64,000 bases of DNA from the NCBI GenBank assembly GCA_021735685.1, contig JAIPGN010000001.1, positions 15,994 to 79,993 of the forward strand, in the 5' to 3' direction. The DNA is from Patescibacteria group bacterium (GTDB lineage: Bacteria > Patescibacteriota > Patescibacteriia > UBA2591 > UBA6264). Below are positions 10,625 through 22,007 of the stretch, in pieces. The notes below the pieces were generated by a model. It saw only the letters and a list, made by a program, of their open reading frames with translations, did not search any database and was not told the origin of the DNA. Numbering within the stretch: position 1 is the first letter of the stretch; each line of letters begins with the position of its first letter. Made by a program: the position numbers and the translations under genes.

Positions 10625-12617
10625 TTTTAGGCAAACATTTAACTTCTTGACAAATTTCTAATAAATCTCCTTTTTCTACCTTAGTTTTGCCAGTGACCTT
10701 CAAGCCACATTCTTTCCCTGCTGGAACCATACTCACGTCACTTTTATTAGACTGAACCTGAGTTATTTTTAACTCTCCTTGAATTTCTTTTTTTTGGTTT
10801 GCGTTTAGGCGCCAAACGCGAGCAATGCTCTTTGAAGAAACTTTCCCTTCAGTGACCCGACCCCCTAAAATAGTTTCCGCTCCAGCTTGATGAAAAACTT
10901 CTAAGACCTCCAATTGCCCAATTTTTTCTTCTTTAAGCTCAGGTTTAACCAAAGATTTCATAAAATCTTCCACATCTTCAATTAATTTATAAATAACATT
11001 ATAACTACTAGCCTTAATCCCCGAGTTTTTGATCAATTCTTGAACCGAATGACTAACACTAACGTTAAAACTAATTAACCAAGAGCCCGTGGTTTTGGCG
11101 GTCTCAATATCAGCTTCAGTGGGACTACCTAAGCCTGATTTAATTATCTTTACTTCTACGTCCGAACAAACTAAATCTCTCAAACTATTATTAATCGCTT
11201 CTAAAGAACCCAGAACATCGGCACGAATAATTAATTTCACATATTTTGCCTGGGCAGAATCAGAGGATGGGGCGTCTCCTCTTGTCGAAAATTTCTTTAG
11301 AGAACCCCCTTCGTACTTATTAGTTGTTATCTTGCTTTCAGCATCTTGTAACAAATCTCCCACTTGGGGAACCGCCTTTAAACCAAAAATTTGAACTGGG
11401 AGACCAGGTTCAACTCTTTCTACTGTTTTCCCATACTGATCTTTAGCAAACTTAAAACGACCCTGAGACTGACCAGCAATAATATTGTCTCCCTTTTTCA
11501 AAGAACCATTATAAAGGATAATTGTAGCCACTGGACCTAATCCTAAATCTAAATGACTTTCTAAAACTATCCCCAATAAAGAGCCTTGAGAATTAGATAA
11601 TAATGTATCTTTGTTTAAATCCGCTAATAAAATAATAGTTTCTAATAAATCATCTATGCCTGTTTTTTCTTTTGCGGAAATAGGCAAACAAGTGACTTCT
11701 CCCCCCCACTCCTCAGGCAAAAGATTAATTTCAGCCAATTCCTTTTTTATTCTCTCAGGATCAGCGTCAGTTTTATCTATTTTATTTAAGGCAACTATAA
11801 AAGGCAACTCCTCCTGTTGAATAACCTTAATAGACTCAAGGGTCTGAGGCTGAATTTTATCATCAGCAGAAATAACCAAAACAGCAAGATCAGCAAAAGA
11901 ACCACCATGAGCACGCATAGACTCAAAAGCTTCGTGACCAGGAGTGTCAATAAAAGTAATTAAACTATTTTTGTATTCAATCTGATAAGAACCAATATGT
12001 TGAGTAATTCCACCTTTTTCCTGAGCAACAATTTGACTTTCTCGAATTGCGTCCAAAATAGAACTTTTCCCGTGATCAACATGCCCCATGATTACTACCA
12101 CCGGAGGACGAGAAATTAATTCTTCAGCATTTTCATTGCTCAAAGTTTCTTCCACCTTTTTCTTAAAAGAAAGAGCATTTACTTTTTCTCCCTTTTCTCC
12201 TTTTTGGACTTGAAAGCCTAAATTTTCAGCAATAATTGCCGCTATCTCATAATCTAAATTTTCATTAATACTAGAAAGAACGCCATTTTTAATCAACTCG
12301 TTCATAACTTTCATCACTGGCAAATCCATTTTAGCAGCCAAATCATAAACTCCAATTGAGGCAGGAATTTTAATCAAAGAATTCTTTTCTTCTTTTTCTT
12401 CGCTGCTTTCTTCTTTAGCTTTATTAATTTTTTCTTTTATTTTTTTAATTTCTTTGGCCTTATTTTGCTTTTGCTTCCACTTTTCTATTACTTGTTGAGC
12501 CTGTTCTTCTGGAATCTGAATGGCCTTTGCTCCAATATGAAAACCAAGCTGAGGTAATTCAGCTTTGAGTTCTTGAGGTGTAATTTTTAATTGTCGAGCT
12601 AATTCTGTTATATTCAT
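10596..12617 (-). CDS. infB: translation initiation factor IF-2
   Basis: 673 aa. G-domain motifs GHVDHGKSS, DTPGH and NKID, and IF-2 C-terminal domains. Confidence 0.9.
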   Translation of the reverse strand: MNITELARQLKITPQELKAELPQLGFHIGAKAIQIPEEQAQQVIEKWKQKQNKAKEIKKIKEKINKAKEESSEEKEEKNSLIKIPASIGVYDLAAKMDLPVMKVMNELIKNGVLSSINENLDYEIAAIIAENLGFQVQKGEKGEKVNALSFKKKVEETLSNENAEELISRPPVVVIMGHVDHGKSSILDAIRESQIVAQEKGGITQHIGSYQIEYKNSLITFIDTPGHEAFESMRAHGGSFADLAVLVISADDKIQPQTLESIKVIQQEELPFIVALNKIDKTDADPERIKKELAEINLLPEEWGGEVTCLPISAKEKTGIDDLLETIILLADLNKDTLLSNSQGSLLGIVLESHLDLGLGPVATIILYNGSLKKGDNIIAGQSQGRFKFAKDQYGKTVERVEPGLPVQIFGLKAVPQVGDLLQDAESKITTNKYEGGSLKKFSTRGDAPSSDSAQAKYVKLIIRADVLGSLEAINNSLRDLVCSDVEVKIIKSGLGSPTEADIETAKTTGSWLISFNVSVSHSVQELIKNSGIKASSYNVIYKLIEDVEDFMKSLVKPELKEEKIGQLEVLEVFHQAGAETILGGRVTEGKVSSKSIARVWRLNANQKKEIQGELKITQVQSNKSDVSMVPAGKECGLKVTGKTKVEKGDLLEICQEVKCLPKNEIQRKSKK

Positions 12618-12690
12618 AAATTATTTCATTAAAACATAAGAATAAATTTGGGTCGGGAGCAAAAATATTATTAAATTAAACAAGACTTTA

Positions 12691-12791
12691 AAAACCGTCA
12701 AAAAACTAACGTTTTTAAAAAATCGACTTTAAAAACCTTTCTCTGAGCCGGTTTTAAGTAAAGCATTTTTGGGGTCTGGCCCCAACTAAAG
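12691..12791 (+). repeat. about 100-nt dispersed repeat element, copy A
   Basis: aaaaccgtcaaaaaactaacgttttt…ctttctctgagccggttttaag…gcatttttggggtctggccccaactaaag. Shares about 80-90% identity with copies at 36437, 51056 (inverted) and 56003. Confidence 0.8.
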
Positions 12792-14657
12792 TTAACCTTC
12801 TTGTGATTCTGAATCTAAATTTAGATCTAAGTTTGGGTCTAGACTTGACTCTGGGTCTTTCTCTGGTTCTCGTCCCACCAACCAAACTTCTGGCCAAGGC
12901 TGATAACGACTAACCCAAACGTCCCTGCGGGTTATTTTATTGGGAAAAGTTATGGTGTTAATGTACTTAGCTTCTGCGCCCGCATGAGCTGATTCTATTC
13001 TCCTTTTCTTTCCTGGTTCTAATTCATCGGTTTCAATAAATTGAGGCGGGCCAGGTTGAACTATATTATAAATTTCCGGGCCCTCTCCTTGAACTTTTCG
13101 ACCATCATCAGTACCGTAAAATTCAAAGATCAAATCATCGCCTTCTATCTTTGTCTGCAACAAAAGATGACGCCCGGTATCATTAACAAAACGAAAGTCT
13201 GGTCGAGGATTATAAATAGTAGCATCTAAACCAGCTGGCTCGTAATAAGACACTCGATAAGAATGAGAAGCTCTTTCCGTAACAGGCAAACCTGTGTTCA
13301 GGACTAAACGAAACATCGTGGTCCCAATTTGACACAAACCTCCTCCGTATTCAGGCACCGTGCGATCTCCCTTAATAACCAATTCTGGTAAAAATCCAGA
13401 ATCTTTATTTATTTCTCCCAAAGCCTGAACTAAAGAAAACTCTTGATCGGGAGAAATAAGCAAACCGTGCAAAATCTCCGCGCCCACCCTAATATTATGA
13501 CGACGATTCTGCGGGCTGCCCGCAAAATTAGAAGAACCAACAGCCAATAAATCATTAATGCCCAAAACATTTAAATTATTAGGCAAGGGAGTAGGGTCAA
13601 CCTTTTCAACTTGTAAAAGAATATTATTTTTTTCTCCTTTTAGAATGGTTTGGGTAATTAATTCTTGAGTAGCTTCTATATTCAATTGCAATCCCTTTTT
13701 CCCGGCCTGAAACTCACTTACTCTTCTTTGGTCATCACTCTCTATAATCTCTAAACGGGTTTCTCTGGGAGCTACGTTTATTTCCTTTCCTATTTCCTCC
13801 AGATATTCTCTCACTTTCTCTTGGTCAAGAAAAAGTTCTCCTGGCCTTCCTTTTTCTTTTTGACTAAAAATTAACCAATTTCCAATCTTCTCCGGAGAGC
13901 AAATCCATTCTTGATCTTGGTATTCTAATAGATAAGGAGAGGAATTAAAAATCTCTTGAGCGCGAGCAAAAGCCACCTGCACTTCTTCGGCTCTAATTGC
14001 CGGTCGATCAACAATCGCCTCAATGACAATTTCTTGATTATTCAATCGTTCCAAGTTTAAAATAAGATCGTCTAAAGCCTTTTCGTAATCAAAGACAAAA
14101 CCACTGGTCTCCTCTTGTAATTCAATTTGCCCCTCTTTGACAATGATATCCGCATTCTGAGATGGTTTTTCTAAAAATGAAAGCTTGCTTCGAATAATTT
14201 CTTTCAATTCCTGACGATTGATATCAACTGGAAATTTCAAAACTTTAGGTTTAAACAAGATTTTAATTTTATTAGCCACCATCTTGATTAAATTTCGATC
14301 TCTTCCGACCAATAAAGCATCGGTCAAAGCTTGATGAATATCAAAATTAACAATTTGACGACTTAAATCTGGATCGCTAACAGCAATTAAAGACAAAGGA
14401 ACACTAACCCTTTCTTCTCCCTGTTCTGTTTTCACTAAAAAGGACAGTTCCTCTTTCTCTATTTTTTTGACTGCCAAGTTTAAAAAAATCCGAGCTTCAT
14501 CTTTTTTTAAACCACCCACGTTTAAATTATCAAAATAAACCTGAGGATAAATTCTTTCTTGATAGATTCCTTGAAAAAATAAAAGGTAAGCAACTAGCAA
14601 AACGCTGACAAAAAGAAAATAATAAAAAAAACTAAAAGATTTATTCTTAAAAATCAT
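12792..14657 (-). CDS. VanW-family protein with N-terminal membrane anchor
   Basis: 621 aa. C-terminal VanW-like block (…EYGGGLCQIGTTMFRLV…) and an N-terminal TM segment. Confidence 0.65.
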   Translation of the reverse strand: MIFKNKSFSFFYYFLFVSVLLVAYLLFFQGIYQERIYPQVYFDNLNVGGLKKDEARIFLNLAVKKIEKEELSFLVKTEQGEERVSVPLSLIAVSDPDLSRQIVNFDIHQALTDALLVGRDRNLIKMVANKIKILFKPKVLKFPVDINRQELKEIIRSKLSFLEKPSQNADIIVKEGQIELQEETSGFVFDYEKALDDLILNLERLNNQEIVIEAIVDRPAIRAEEVQVAFARAQEIFNSSPYLLEYQDQEWICSPEKIGNWLIFSQKEKGRPGELFLDQEKVREYLEEIGKEINVAPRETRLEIIESDDQRRVSEFQAGKKGLQLNIEATQELITQTILKGEKNNILLQVEKVDPTPLPNNLNVLGINDLLAVGSSNFAGSPQNRRHNIRVGAEILHGLLISPDQEFSLVQALGEINKDSGFLPELVIKGDRTVPEYGGGLCQIGTTMFRLVLNTGLPVTERASHSYRVSYYEPAGLDATIYNPRPDFRFVNDTGRHLLLQTKIEGDDLIFEFYGTDDGRKVQGEGPEIYNIVQPGPPQFIETDELEPGKKRRIESAHAGAEAKYINTITFPNKITRRDVWVSRYQPWPEVWLVGREPEKDPESSLDPNLDLNLDSESQEG

Positions 14658-15145
14658 TCTGAAACTTTTACACTTTTTTGAAGTCCTCTGTCTTCGGCCT
14701 TAGGCAAAATAATCTTTAAAATTCCATTTTTAAAATTAGCCCTAACCTCATTAGCTTTAATCGGACAAGGAAGAATTAAGGTACGTGAAAAATTCCCCCA
14801 AAAGCATTCTTGAAAATAATAATTAACCGCCTCCTGTTCCGGACGAGAACGATTACCTCTAATAACAATTAAATCTGGCTCTGTAATAATGTCTATATCC
14901 TTGGCTTCCACACCAGCAACCATAGATTCAATTATTAAATCTTCTCCTTGTTCATAAATATCAACCGACAATTGCCCTTGAGCTTCCTCTGGTAGCCAGT
15001 CCGCTTTTTCAGATTTCTTTTTCTTAATAAATTTTTTCTCAGCTTTTTTCTTTTTTTCTTCCTTTCCGGTCAAAACATTAACTTCCTCTCCTTCTTGATT
15101 TAAAAAGTCTTGTTCTAGTCCTAAAATTTTACTCCAAAAAGACAT
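14654..15145 (-). CDS. Hsp20/alpha-crystallin family small heat-shock protein
   Basis: 163 aa. Alpha-crystallin domain pattern (…VDIYEQGEDLIIESMVAGV…IRGNR…GILKIILPK). Confidence 0.7.
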   Translation of the reverse strand: MSFWSKILGLEQDFLNQEGEEVNVLTGKEEKKKKAEKKFIKKKKSEKADWLPEEAQGQLSVDIYEQGEDLIIESMVAGVEAKDIDIITEPDLIVIRGNRSRPEQEAVNYYFQECFWGNFSRTLILPCPIKANEVRANFKNGILKIILPKAEDRGLQKSVKVSE

Positions 15146-15158
15146 AATAATTTATTAT

Positions 15159-17381
15159 TTATTGATCATAAGCTCGCATAGTGGTTACATTCACTCCACC
15201 CAAAAAATTACGAGAATAAGCGTAAAATCGAGAAACTGGATCACCACTAGAATCAAAAATATTTATTTCTGGTTCCTTAAATTTATTGGGGGCAATAATA
15301 ATTTCGCTTCTCTTGTCTTGATCAAAATCAGCAGTTGCTAAATTTGCCCCCTGATAATAGTCTTTAGAATAAGACAAAAACTGCAATCTTAAAAGAAGAA
15401 GGCGAGAATCAAAAACCCTTACATAAGAAGAAGCTCTGGAGTCAACGCTACATATAATTTCACCAATTCCATCACCATCAACATCACCAACTGCTACTTG
15501 TACTCCGCCTAAAAAATTGCGATTAAAGGCAAAGAAATGAGAAAGAACGCCTCCTTGACTGTTAAAAATTCTTACATGCGGGCCTCCGCCAGCTCCTGCT
15601 CCAGTAATAATTTCTTTCCTTCCATTACCATTAATATCGCCTATCCCTAGATTAACCCTTCCTTGAAAATTTTTATTATAAGCCGGAAATTCTGCTTTTA
15701 CTTCTCCTTGCCAATTAAAAATTTTAATCAGAGAGTCTTGGTTAGGCCCAGGAGCGGTAATAATTTCATCTTGTCCATCGCCATCAACATCACCAACTGC
15801 TACTTGTACTCCGCCACGAAAATTCTCATCATAAGCGAAAAAACCACCCTGAGGTTCTCCGTTTAAATCAAAAATTCTTACATGCGGTCCTCCGCCAGCT
15901 CCTGCTCCCGTGACAATATAGTCTTTTCCTTCTCCCTTAATATCCCCAGCAGACACCTGAACTCCGCCACGAAAATTCTCGTCATAAGCAAAAAAACCAC
16001 CCAAAGAAAGACCGGCAGAATCAAAAATCCTTACATGAGGACCTCCGCCAGCTCCTGCTCCCGTGACAATATAATAAGACTGATCTAGTGTTCCCAATTG
16101 ACTATAAGCGTAATCAACGCTTCGATAAGCATTAATCCTCCCTTGTCCCAACTCTCCTTCCAAGCCTGGATTTAAATTATCAATGCCGTCAGCTTGACTA
16201 AAGATAAAGTCTTGAACCTGTTTTTGACTAAAAAGGGGATTAATGGACCAAATTAAAGCAGCTAATCCAGAAACCATAGGAGCAGCCAAGGAAGTTCCTG
16301 ACCAATAACCTCCATAATATTCTCGATAATCCTTGTCGCTGGAATTATAGGCAAGAGTTCCGTAAATTTTTGTCCCCGGAGCAGCAATATCAACACATTT
16401 TCGTCCGAAATCAGAAAAAAGAGCCTTGCGATCAGTATCATCAACAGCAGTTACGCCCACAATAAAATTATCGTCATCTTCTTGATCTAAACAAATAGGA
16501 TAATTAGGGGTTTTATTTAAATTTAAAGGTTGATTAACTGTTTCATTGCCGGCTGCAGCTACCACAATCACCCCTTGCCGCCAAGCTTCTTTAAGAGCCT
16601 CTGCCAGAAAAAAACTTTCATTGGTGCCCACAAAACTCAAATTAATAATTTTAGCTCCATTTTGCACTGCATAACGAACCGCTCTAATGACATTTTCCAC
16701 ACTGCCTGTACCTTGACTGTTCAAAACGCGTAAAGGCATAATTTTGCTTTTCCAAGCCACTCCAGCTATTCCTTGCTGATTATCACCTACAGCAGAAGCA
16801 ATTCCGGCCACTAAAGTTCCATGATGAATTCCTCCCTCGCCATAAGGTTCATCAAATCGGGGGCGAGGATTAGAGTTATAACGAATAAAGTCCCAGCCGT
16901 AAACGTCATCAATAAAACCATTATCATCATTATCTATTCCATCTCCAGGAATCTCTCCGGAATTATGCCAAATATTTTCTTGAAGATCGGGATGATCAAC
17001 ATCAACTCCCGTATCTAAAATAGCAATAACAATATCTTCACTACCACCTTTAGTAAAGTCCCAAGCTTGAGGGGCCTTAATCTGACTTAAATACCATTGA
17101 TTCCTGTAAAGTAAATCATCAGGGACAAAAGAGGCCTCAAAAGAATAATTTGGCTCAGCATATTCCACAAAAGGAAGAAAGGAAGCAATCTTACTTAAAG
17201 ATGAGCTTAAAAAAGCAGGACTAGATAAACGATAAATTTGTTCTCGCTCTTTTAGTCTAATCAAAACACCACTTTGCGCAGAGTCGGATCGCAAAAGAGG
17301 GAAAAACGAAAAAGAAAAAAGCAAAACTAGGCCAAAAAGAAAGCTCAGTAAAAATATTTTTTTTCTAAAAAACAAATTCAT
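15159..17381 (-). CDS. secreted S8 (subtilisin-family) peptidase with C-terminal FG-GAP-like repeat propeller
   Basis: 740 aa. Signal peptide, then catalytic triad motifs DTGVDVDHPDL, HGTLVAGIAS and GTSLAAPMVSGLAAL. Followed by about six repeats of GAGAGGGPHVRIFD…GGFFAY…NFRGGV. Confidence 0.8.
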   Translation of the reverse strand: MNLFFRKKIFLLSFLFGLVLLFSFSFFPLLRSDSAQSGVLIRLKEREQIYRLSSPAFLSSSLSKIASFLPFVEYAEPNYSFEASFVPDDLLYRNQWYLSQIKAPQAWDFTKGGSEDIVIAILDTGVDVDHPDLQENIWHNSGEIPGDGIDNDDNGFIDDVYGWDFIRYNSNPRPRFDEPYGEGGIHHGTLVAGIASAVGDNQQGIAGVAWKSKIMPLRVLNSQGTGSVENVIRAVRYAVQNGAKIINLSFVGTNESFFLAEALKEAWRQGVIVVAAAGNETVNQPLNLNKTPNYPICLDQEDDDNFIVGVTAVDDTDRKALFSDFGRKCVDIAAPGTKIYGTLAYNSSDKDYREYYGGYWSGTSLAAPMVSGLAALIWSINPLFSQKQVQDFIFSQADGIDNLNPGLEGELGQGRINAYRSVDYAYSQLGTLDQSYYIVTGAGAGGGPHVRIFDSAGLSLGGFFAYDENFRGGVQVSAGDIKGEGKDYIVTGAGAGGGPHVRIFDLNGEPQGGFFAYDENFRGGVQVAVGDVDGDGQDEIITAPGPNQDSLIKIFNWQGEVKAEFPAYNKNFQGRVNLGIGDINGNGRKEIITGAGAGGGPHVRIFNSQGGVLSHFFAFNRNFLGGVQVAVGDVDGDGIGEIICSVDSRASSYVRVFDSRLLLLRLQFLSYSKDYYQGANLATADFDQDKRSEIIIAPNKFKEPEINIFDSSGDPVSRFYAYSRNFLGGVNVTTMRAYDQ
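15560..16090. repeat. intragenic tandem DNA repeats encoding the FG-GAP-like repeats of the S8 peptidase
   Basis: Near-identical segments of about 150 nt, e.g. ggacctccgccagctcctgctcc…, recur at least three times (about 15578, 15884 and 16040). Confidence 0.6.
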
Positions 17382-17395
17382 CTTATTTCCTCTTC

Positions 17396-19879
17396 TTAAA
17401 TCAAAACAAAAGAGCTAACCGCATCTTCTTTTTTCTTTAACTTCATTAATCGCACTCCTTGAGTAGATCGCCCTAAAGAAGGAATACTGTCCAAAGAGAG
17501 ACGAATGGTTTGTCCCAAATGAGACATTAATAAAATATCATTAAACTTAATATTAGGAGCGATAAAACGAGAACCAATAATATCACCAATCTTGTCGTTT
17601 AAGCTGGCTGTTTTAACTCCAGAACCACCTCTTTTCTGGCAATTGTATTCTTCTAAGAAAGTTGCTTTTCCGTATCCTTTGTCGGTAACAATTAATAAAC
17701 GAGCTTTCTCTTTTTGGGAGGAAGGAATTACATCAGCGCCTACCACTAAATCATTCTTTTTTAACCGAATAGCCTTGACTCCAGAAGCAGCTCTTCCCAT
17801 AGACCTCACATTCCCTTCTTTAAATCTAATTGCTTGGCCCTTTTGAGAAACTAGAATTATTTCGTCCTTTCCTGAAGTGGGTTTGATCCAGCTCAGTAAA
17901 TCATCCTCTTTGAGTTTAATTGCAATTAAACCAGAACGACGGACGTTTTTAAAAGCTTTAATCTCAACTTTTTTAGCCAGACCTTTGCGAGTGACTAAAA
18001 ATAAATACTTATAATCTTTAATATCAGAAAAAGGTAAAATAGTAGAAATTTTTTCATTTTCCCGAATTTCTAAAAAATTGGCCACTGATTTTCCTTTAGA
18101 GGTTCGAGAAACTTGCGGAACATCATAAGCCTTTAACTGAAAAACCCTTCCTTTGGTGGTAAAGAAAAGAACATCAGCGTGATTGGTGGTACTAATCAAT
18201 TGCTCTACTGAATCTTCCTCTTTCACAGAAAAACCAACCACTCCTTTTCCACCACGACCCTGAAGACGAAAATCATCCGGACTAACTCTCTTAATATATC
18301 CGCCTTGAGTAATCATTAAAATTGTGGGTTCATTGGGAATTAAATCCTCTTCTCTAAATTTTTCTACACTACGAGGAATAATTTTAGTTCGCCTTTCATC
18401 GCCGTGTTTTTCTTTCATCTCTTTAATTTCTTCCTTTATGATATCTAAAATCATCTGAGAACTAGAAAGAATTTTTTCTAGCTTTTGAGCTAATTTTTTC
18501 TTTTCTTCTAGATCTTCTTTATTTTTTTGGCGCTCCAACTGAGCTAATTGATGAAGTCGCATCTCTAAAATAGCTTGAGCTTGAGCCTCGCTTAACTTAA
18601 ATTTTTTAATCAATCCTTTCTGGGCTTCATTCTTGTTCTCTGCTTTCTTAATTAAAGCAATAACTTCATTAATATTATCAATAGCTATTTGCAAGCCTTC
18701 TAAAATATGAATTTTTTCTTGAGTTTTAGTGAGATTATATTGCGTTCTTCTCCTAACAACTATTTGTCGATGTTTAATGTGTTCCTCTAAAATTCTTTTT
18801 AAACCTAAAAGTTTGGGCTGAACTTCATCTACCAAGCAAACCATATTTACATGAAAAGTTTGTTGACAATCAGTTAATTTAAAAATACGATTTAATATCT
18901 TTTTAGGAAAAGCCATTTTCTTAAGATCAATAACAATACGGACTCCTTGCTTGTCAGATTCATCACGAATATCTTTTACGTCCGTAATTTTTTTATCCTT
19001 GACCAATCCTGCTAATTTTTGTAAAAGAGAAGCTTTATTGACCTGATAAGGAAGCTCTTTAATAATGATTTGAAAAAAACCTACTTTCTTTTCCACAATT
19101 TCCGTCTTTGCTCTCATTACAATCGGACCTTTTCCTGAAGCATAAACTTGTTTAATTTGATCATCATCAAAAATAAATCCTCCGGTGGGAAAATCTGGTC
19201 CCTTAATATATTGAATAAGATCTTCCGTCTCACATTCTGGATGATCTATTTTGTAAATAGTAGCATCGCAAACTTCTTTTAAATTGTGAGGAGGAATATT
19301 AGTGGCCATTCCCACCGCAATTCCCATAGAACCATTAATCAATAAATTTGGTATTTTGGCCGGCAAAACCGAAGGCTCTTCTGTGGTGGAGTCATAATTA
19401 GGAACAAAATCTACTGTATCTTGATCAATATCAGCTAGCATTTCTGCTGAAATTTTAGCCATCCTGCTTTCAGTATAACGATGGGCCGCCGCCTTATCTC
19501 CGTCAATACTGCCAAAATTTCCCTGACCATCAACCAAAGGATAACGTAAAGAAAAATCTTGCGCTAAACGAACCATTGAATCATAAATAGCCTGATCCCC
19601 GTGCGGATGAAAACTTCCCAAAACTTTACCCACTACTGTGGCTGACTTCCGATATTTACTATTGTGCTTTAGACCCATTTCATGCATGCCATAAAGAATA
19701 CGACGATGTACTGGTTTTAAACCGTCCCGTACATCTGGAAGAGCTCGAGAAACAATAACGCTCATAGCGTAATCTATATAAGAAGATTTAACCTCTCCTT
19801 CCAAAGAAACAACCTTAACATTACCATCTCGGTTAATTTCTTTTTTATTTTCCTTGTTTTCTTTCTTTTCTTTTTTCAT
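17396..19879 (-). CDS. gyrA: DNA gyrase subunit A
   Basis: 827 aa. N-terminal signature [26 protein letters not shown] with the active-site Tyr region, and a C-terminal beta-pinwheel. Confidence 0.9.
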   Translation of the reverse strand: MKKEKKENKENKKEINRDGNVKVVSLEGEVKSSYIDYAMSVIVSRALPDVRDGLKPVHRRILYGMHEMGLKHNSKYRKSATVVGKVLGSFHPHGDQAIYDSMVRLAQDFSLRYPLVDGQGNFGSIDGDKAAAHRYTESRMAKISAEMLADIDQDTVDFVPNYDSTTEEPSVLPAKIPNLLINGSMGIAVGMATNIPPHNLKEVCDATIYKIDHPECETEDLIQYIKGPDFPTGGFIFDDDQIKQVYASGKGPIVMRAKTEIVEKKVGFFQIIIKELPYQVNKASLLQKLAGLVKDKKITDVKDIRDESDKQGVRIVIDLKKMAFPKKILNRIFKLTDCQQTFHVNMVCLVDEVQPKLLGLKRILEEHIKHRQIVVRRRTQYNLTKTQEKIHILEGLQIAIDNINEVIALIKKAENKNEAQKGLIKKFKLSEAQAQAILEMRLHQLAQLERQKNKEDLEEKKKLAQKLEKILSSSQMILDIIKEEIKEMKEKHGDERRTKIIPRSVEKFREEDLIPNEPTILMITQGGYIKRVSPDDFRLQGRGGKGVVGFSVKEEDSVEQLISTTNHADVLFFTTKGRVFQLKAYDVPQVSRTSKGKSVANFLEIRENEKISTILPFSDIKDYKYLFLVTRKGLAKKVEIKAFKNVRRSGLIAIKLKEDDLLSWIKPTSGKDEIILVSQKGQAIRFKEGNVRSMGRAASGVKAIRLKKNDLVVGADVIPSSQKEKARLLIVTDKGYGKATFLEEYNCQKRGGSGVKTASLNDKIGDIIGSRFIAPNIKFNDILLMSHLGQTIRLSLDSIPSLGRSTQGVRLMKLKKKEDAVSSFVLI

Positions 19880-19904
19880 TACTTATTTTTTATATTATTT
19901 TTAT

Positions 19905-20519
19905 TTATATTTCTAAAAAAACGACATGAGATTCTTTTGATTTGGACAAATCCTTGTTTTTAAGAGAAAATTTCAATGTCTTTTCCTGGCTCTTTATTCC
20001 AGTTTCCTTTAAAAATCTTTCCTGTAAAGCAGAATTAGAAGGATCATAACAGCAAGGAATAATAATCTTCGGTTCAATAGAATTAATCAACTCAGCAGCT
20101 TGATCAATATTGATAACTTCTTGACCGCCAATAGGAATTAGCAAAACATCAACGCCGTCTAATTTTTCCAATTCCTGGCCAGAAAGCAAATAATTCAGAG
20201 AACCCAGAACTCCGTATTTAATATTGTCCATATTCACCTGACAAACAATCATTTTATCTTTTTGAGCTTTATTAACTCCTGTGGCGTAAACAAAGACTCC
20301 GTTGACTTCATATTCACCGGGCATATTAATTAAAAAACCCTTATTCTTTTCTATCTTCTTTTCGTCAATTTTTTCTTGTGGATTAGTAAAAATAAAAATA
20401 TCGGCTTTTAAGGCCGGATTTTTAAAGCCTGCCTCTTGAGGAGCCAAAGGATTAATCAATAAACTTTGCTGACTGTTCTGTAACTTAAAGCACGAATGCC
20501 CATACCAATTAATATGCAT
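19905..20519 (-). CDS. MBL-fold metallo-hydrolase (UPF0173-like)
   Basis: 204 aa. The N-terminal MHINWYGHSCFKL is typical of small beta-lactamase-fold hydrolases. Confidence 0.5.
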   Translation of the reverse strand: MHINWYGHSCFKLQNSQQSLLINPLAPQEAGFKNPALKADIFIFTNPQEKIDEKKIEKNKGFLINMPGEYEVNGVFVYATGVNKAQKDKMIVCQVNMDNIKYGVLGSLNYLLSGQELEKLDGVDVLLIPIGGQEVINIDQAAELINSIEPKIIIPCCYDPSNSALQERFLKETGIKSQEKTLKFSLKNKDLSKSKESHVVFLEI

Positions 20520-20553
20520 AATTTTTATATTTATATAAATTATTTATCCAAAA

Positions 20554-21345
20554 CTAAATCAATCTATCTTTGCCCACAATAATTCTTAACTTTTCTTTAG
20601 CTATTTCTACTAAGGCTGGAGCTTTAACTACATCTCTTTGGTCCACTCTAATTAATAATTCTCGTTTTTCTTCGCGAGGATCAATATTCATTTTTTTAAT
20701 AAAGAACAAACTATCTTTCTTTTCTTTTTGTTTCCAAAAAAGAACCTTTTGCTGAGAGGTGCCCATCAAAAGCTCTAAATAATTATCTTGGGGCTTACTC
20801 ACTAGCCTAGTTTCTTCAGCTCGGCCCCGATAAACTCCCTTTTGAAAGCTTAAAAATCCAAGATTGATAATTTTTGCCTTTTTTACTCCCCGAGGAATAA
20901 TCTGATATTTTTTGTCAACCATGATTAAAGACTGACGCGGATCAAATTCAAGAGATGAAAAAAAATATTGACTATTGATTTTACCAAGATTAATATTTTC
21001 TATACGACGAGCTGAAACTACGTCACAAGCATACTCATTAACCGGTAAACCCAAAATTTCAGCTAACAAAGAATCTTTCTCCGTGGGAATAAAACCTAAA
21101 GTAGCCTCTGTTCCTACTAGAGATGGGGCAGATTGACAAAGAGTTTCATCTCCGCCCACTACCACAATTGTTGGAGAAGAATCCCTTTCTAAGATCTTAC
21201 GAATAATTTCATCAACACTTTTAAGGATAGAAAGACTGTGTTTATGTCCACTAATATCTAAACTAGCCAACCTGGTTTCTATTTTAGAAAGCGTTTTGGC
21301 ATATTTTTTCTTTACCAAAAAAGAATCATAGATATAAAAATACAT
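20554..21345 (-). CDS. putative lipid kinase (diacylglycerol kinase catalytic domain, YegS/BmrU-like)
   Basis: 263 aa. The VVVGGDETL…GFIPTE…LG pattern resembles the DAGK_cat GGDGT…IPxGT motif. The assignment is weak. Confidence 0.4.
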   Translation of the reverse strand: MYFYIYDSFLVKKKYAKTLSKIETRLASLDISGHKHSLSILKSVDEIIRKILERDSSPTIVVVGGDETLCQSAPSLVGTEATLGFIPTEKDSLLAEILGLPVNEYACDVVSARRIENINLGKINSQYFFSSLEFDPRQSLIMVDKKYQIIPRGVKKAKIINLGFLSFQKGVYRGRAEETRLVSKPQDNYLELLMGTSQQKVLFWKQKEKKDSLFFIKKMNIDPREEKRELLIRVDQRDVVKAPALVEIAKEKLRIIVGKDRLI

Positions 21346-21440
21346 AAAATAAAATCAGAAAAATAAAGAGCTGGTGAATGAAGAAAAATCTAAATTCTCG
21401 TCTTGCTTCTTAAATTAAATAAAACAATCACAAAATTGTT

Positions 21441-21842
21441 TTATTCTTCTTCTGCTTCTACCTCCTCTCTTTTTTCTTTATTAGCTGCCTTTAGATCTCC
21501 GCCCACTTTACATTTTCCCGAAAGAGTAGCTCCTTCTTCAATAGATAAAGATTGACAATTAATATCTCCGTTCAACTGAGCAGTAGAACCTAATTCTATC
21601 TTTTCTTCTACTTTTAAATTTCCTTTGACTCGACCAGAGATAATTGCGTTCTGAGATTTAATGTTCGCTTCAATTACCCCACTTTCCATTAAATGGAGAT
21701 TACTTCTGGTTTCTAAAGAACCAGTTAGTTCACCTTTAACAATCACATCTCCAACGGCATTAAATGTGCCTTCAACTTTTACTCCCGCGCCAATTACAGT
21801 TTCGGCGTCCTCGGGTTTAATTTTTAAATCTTTTCCAAACAT
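21441..21842 (-). CDS. bactofilin-family cytoskeletal protein
   Basis: 133 aa with repetitive beta-helical bactofilin pattern (…VKGELTGSLETRSNLHL…ISGRVKGNLKVEE…) and a charged tail. Confidence 0.6.
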   Translation of the reverse strand: MFGKDLKIKPEDAETVIGAGVKVEGTFNAVGDVIVKGELTGSLETRSNLHLMESGVIEANIKSQNAIISGRVKGNLKVEEKIELGSTAQLNGDINCQSLSIEEGATLSGKCKVGGDLKAANKEKREEVEAEEE

Positions 21843-21971
21843 AAATAATTAAATTATTTACAAATTAATTAAGCTCTTCTTTCAAATTTTACACGATTTA
21901 ATCAAATCAGTCAAATTTTATTTCAGACGATTAATGAATTACTTTTGACTTTAAAATAAATATTTCAAGCA

Positions 21972-22000
21972 TTGACTAAAGTAATCGTAAAGGCTAAAAT
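21972..22000 (+). promoter_or_regulatory. sigma70-like promoter (-35 TTGACT, 17-nt spacer, -10 TAAAAT) driving a leaderless small ORF
   Basis: TTGACT at 21972-21977 and TAAAAT at 21995-22000. The ATG at 22008 follows 7 nt after the -10 element. Confidence 0.4.
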
Positions 22001-22007
22001 AAGTGAC

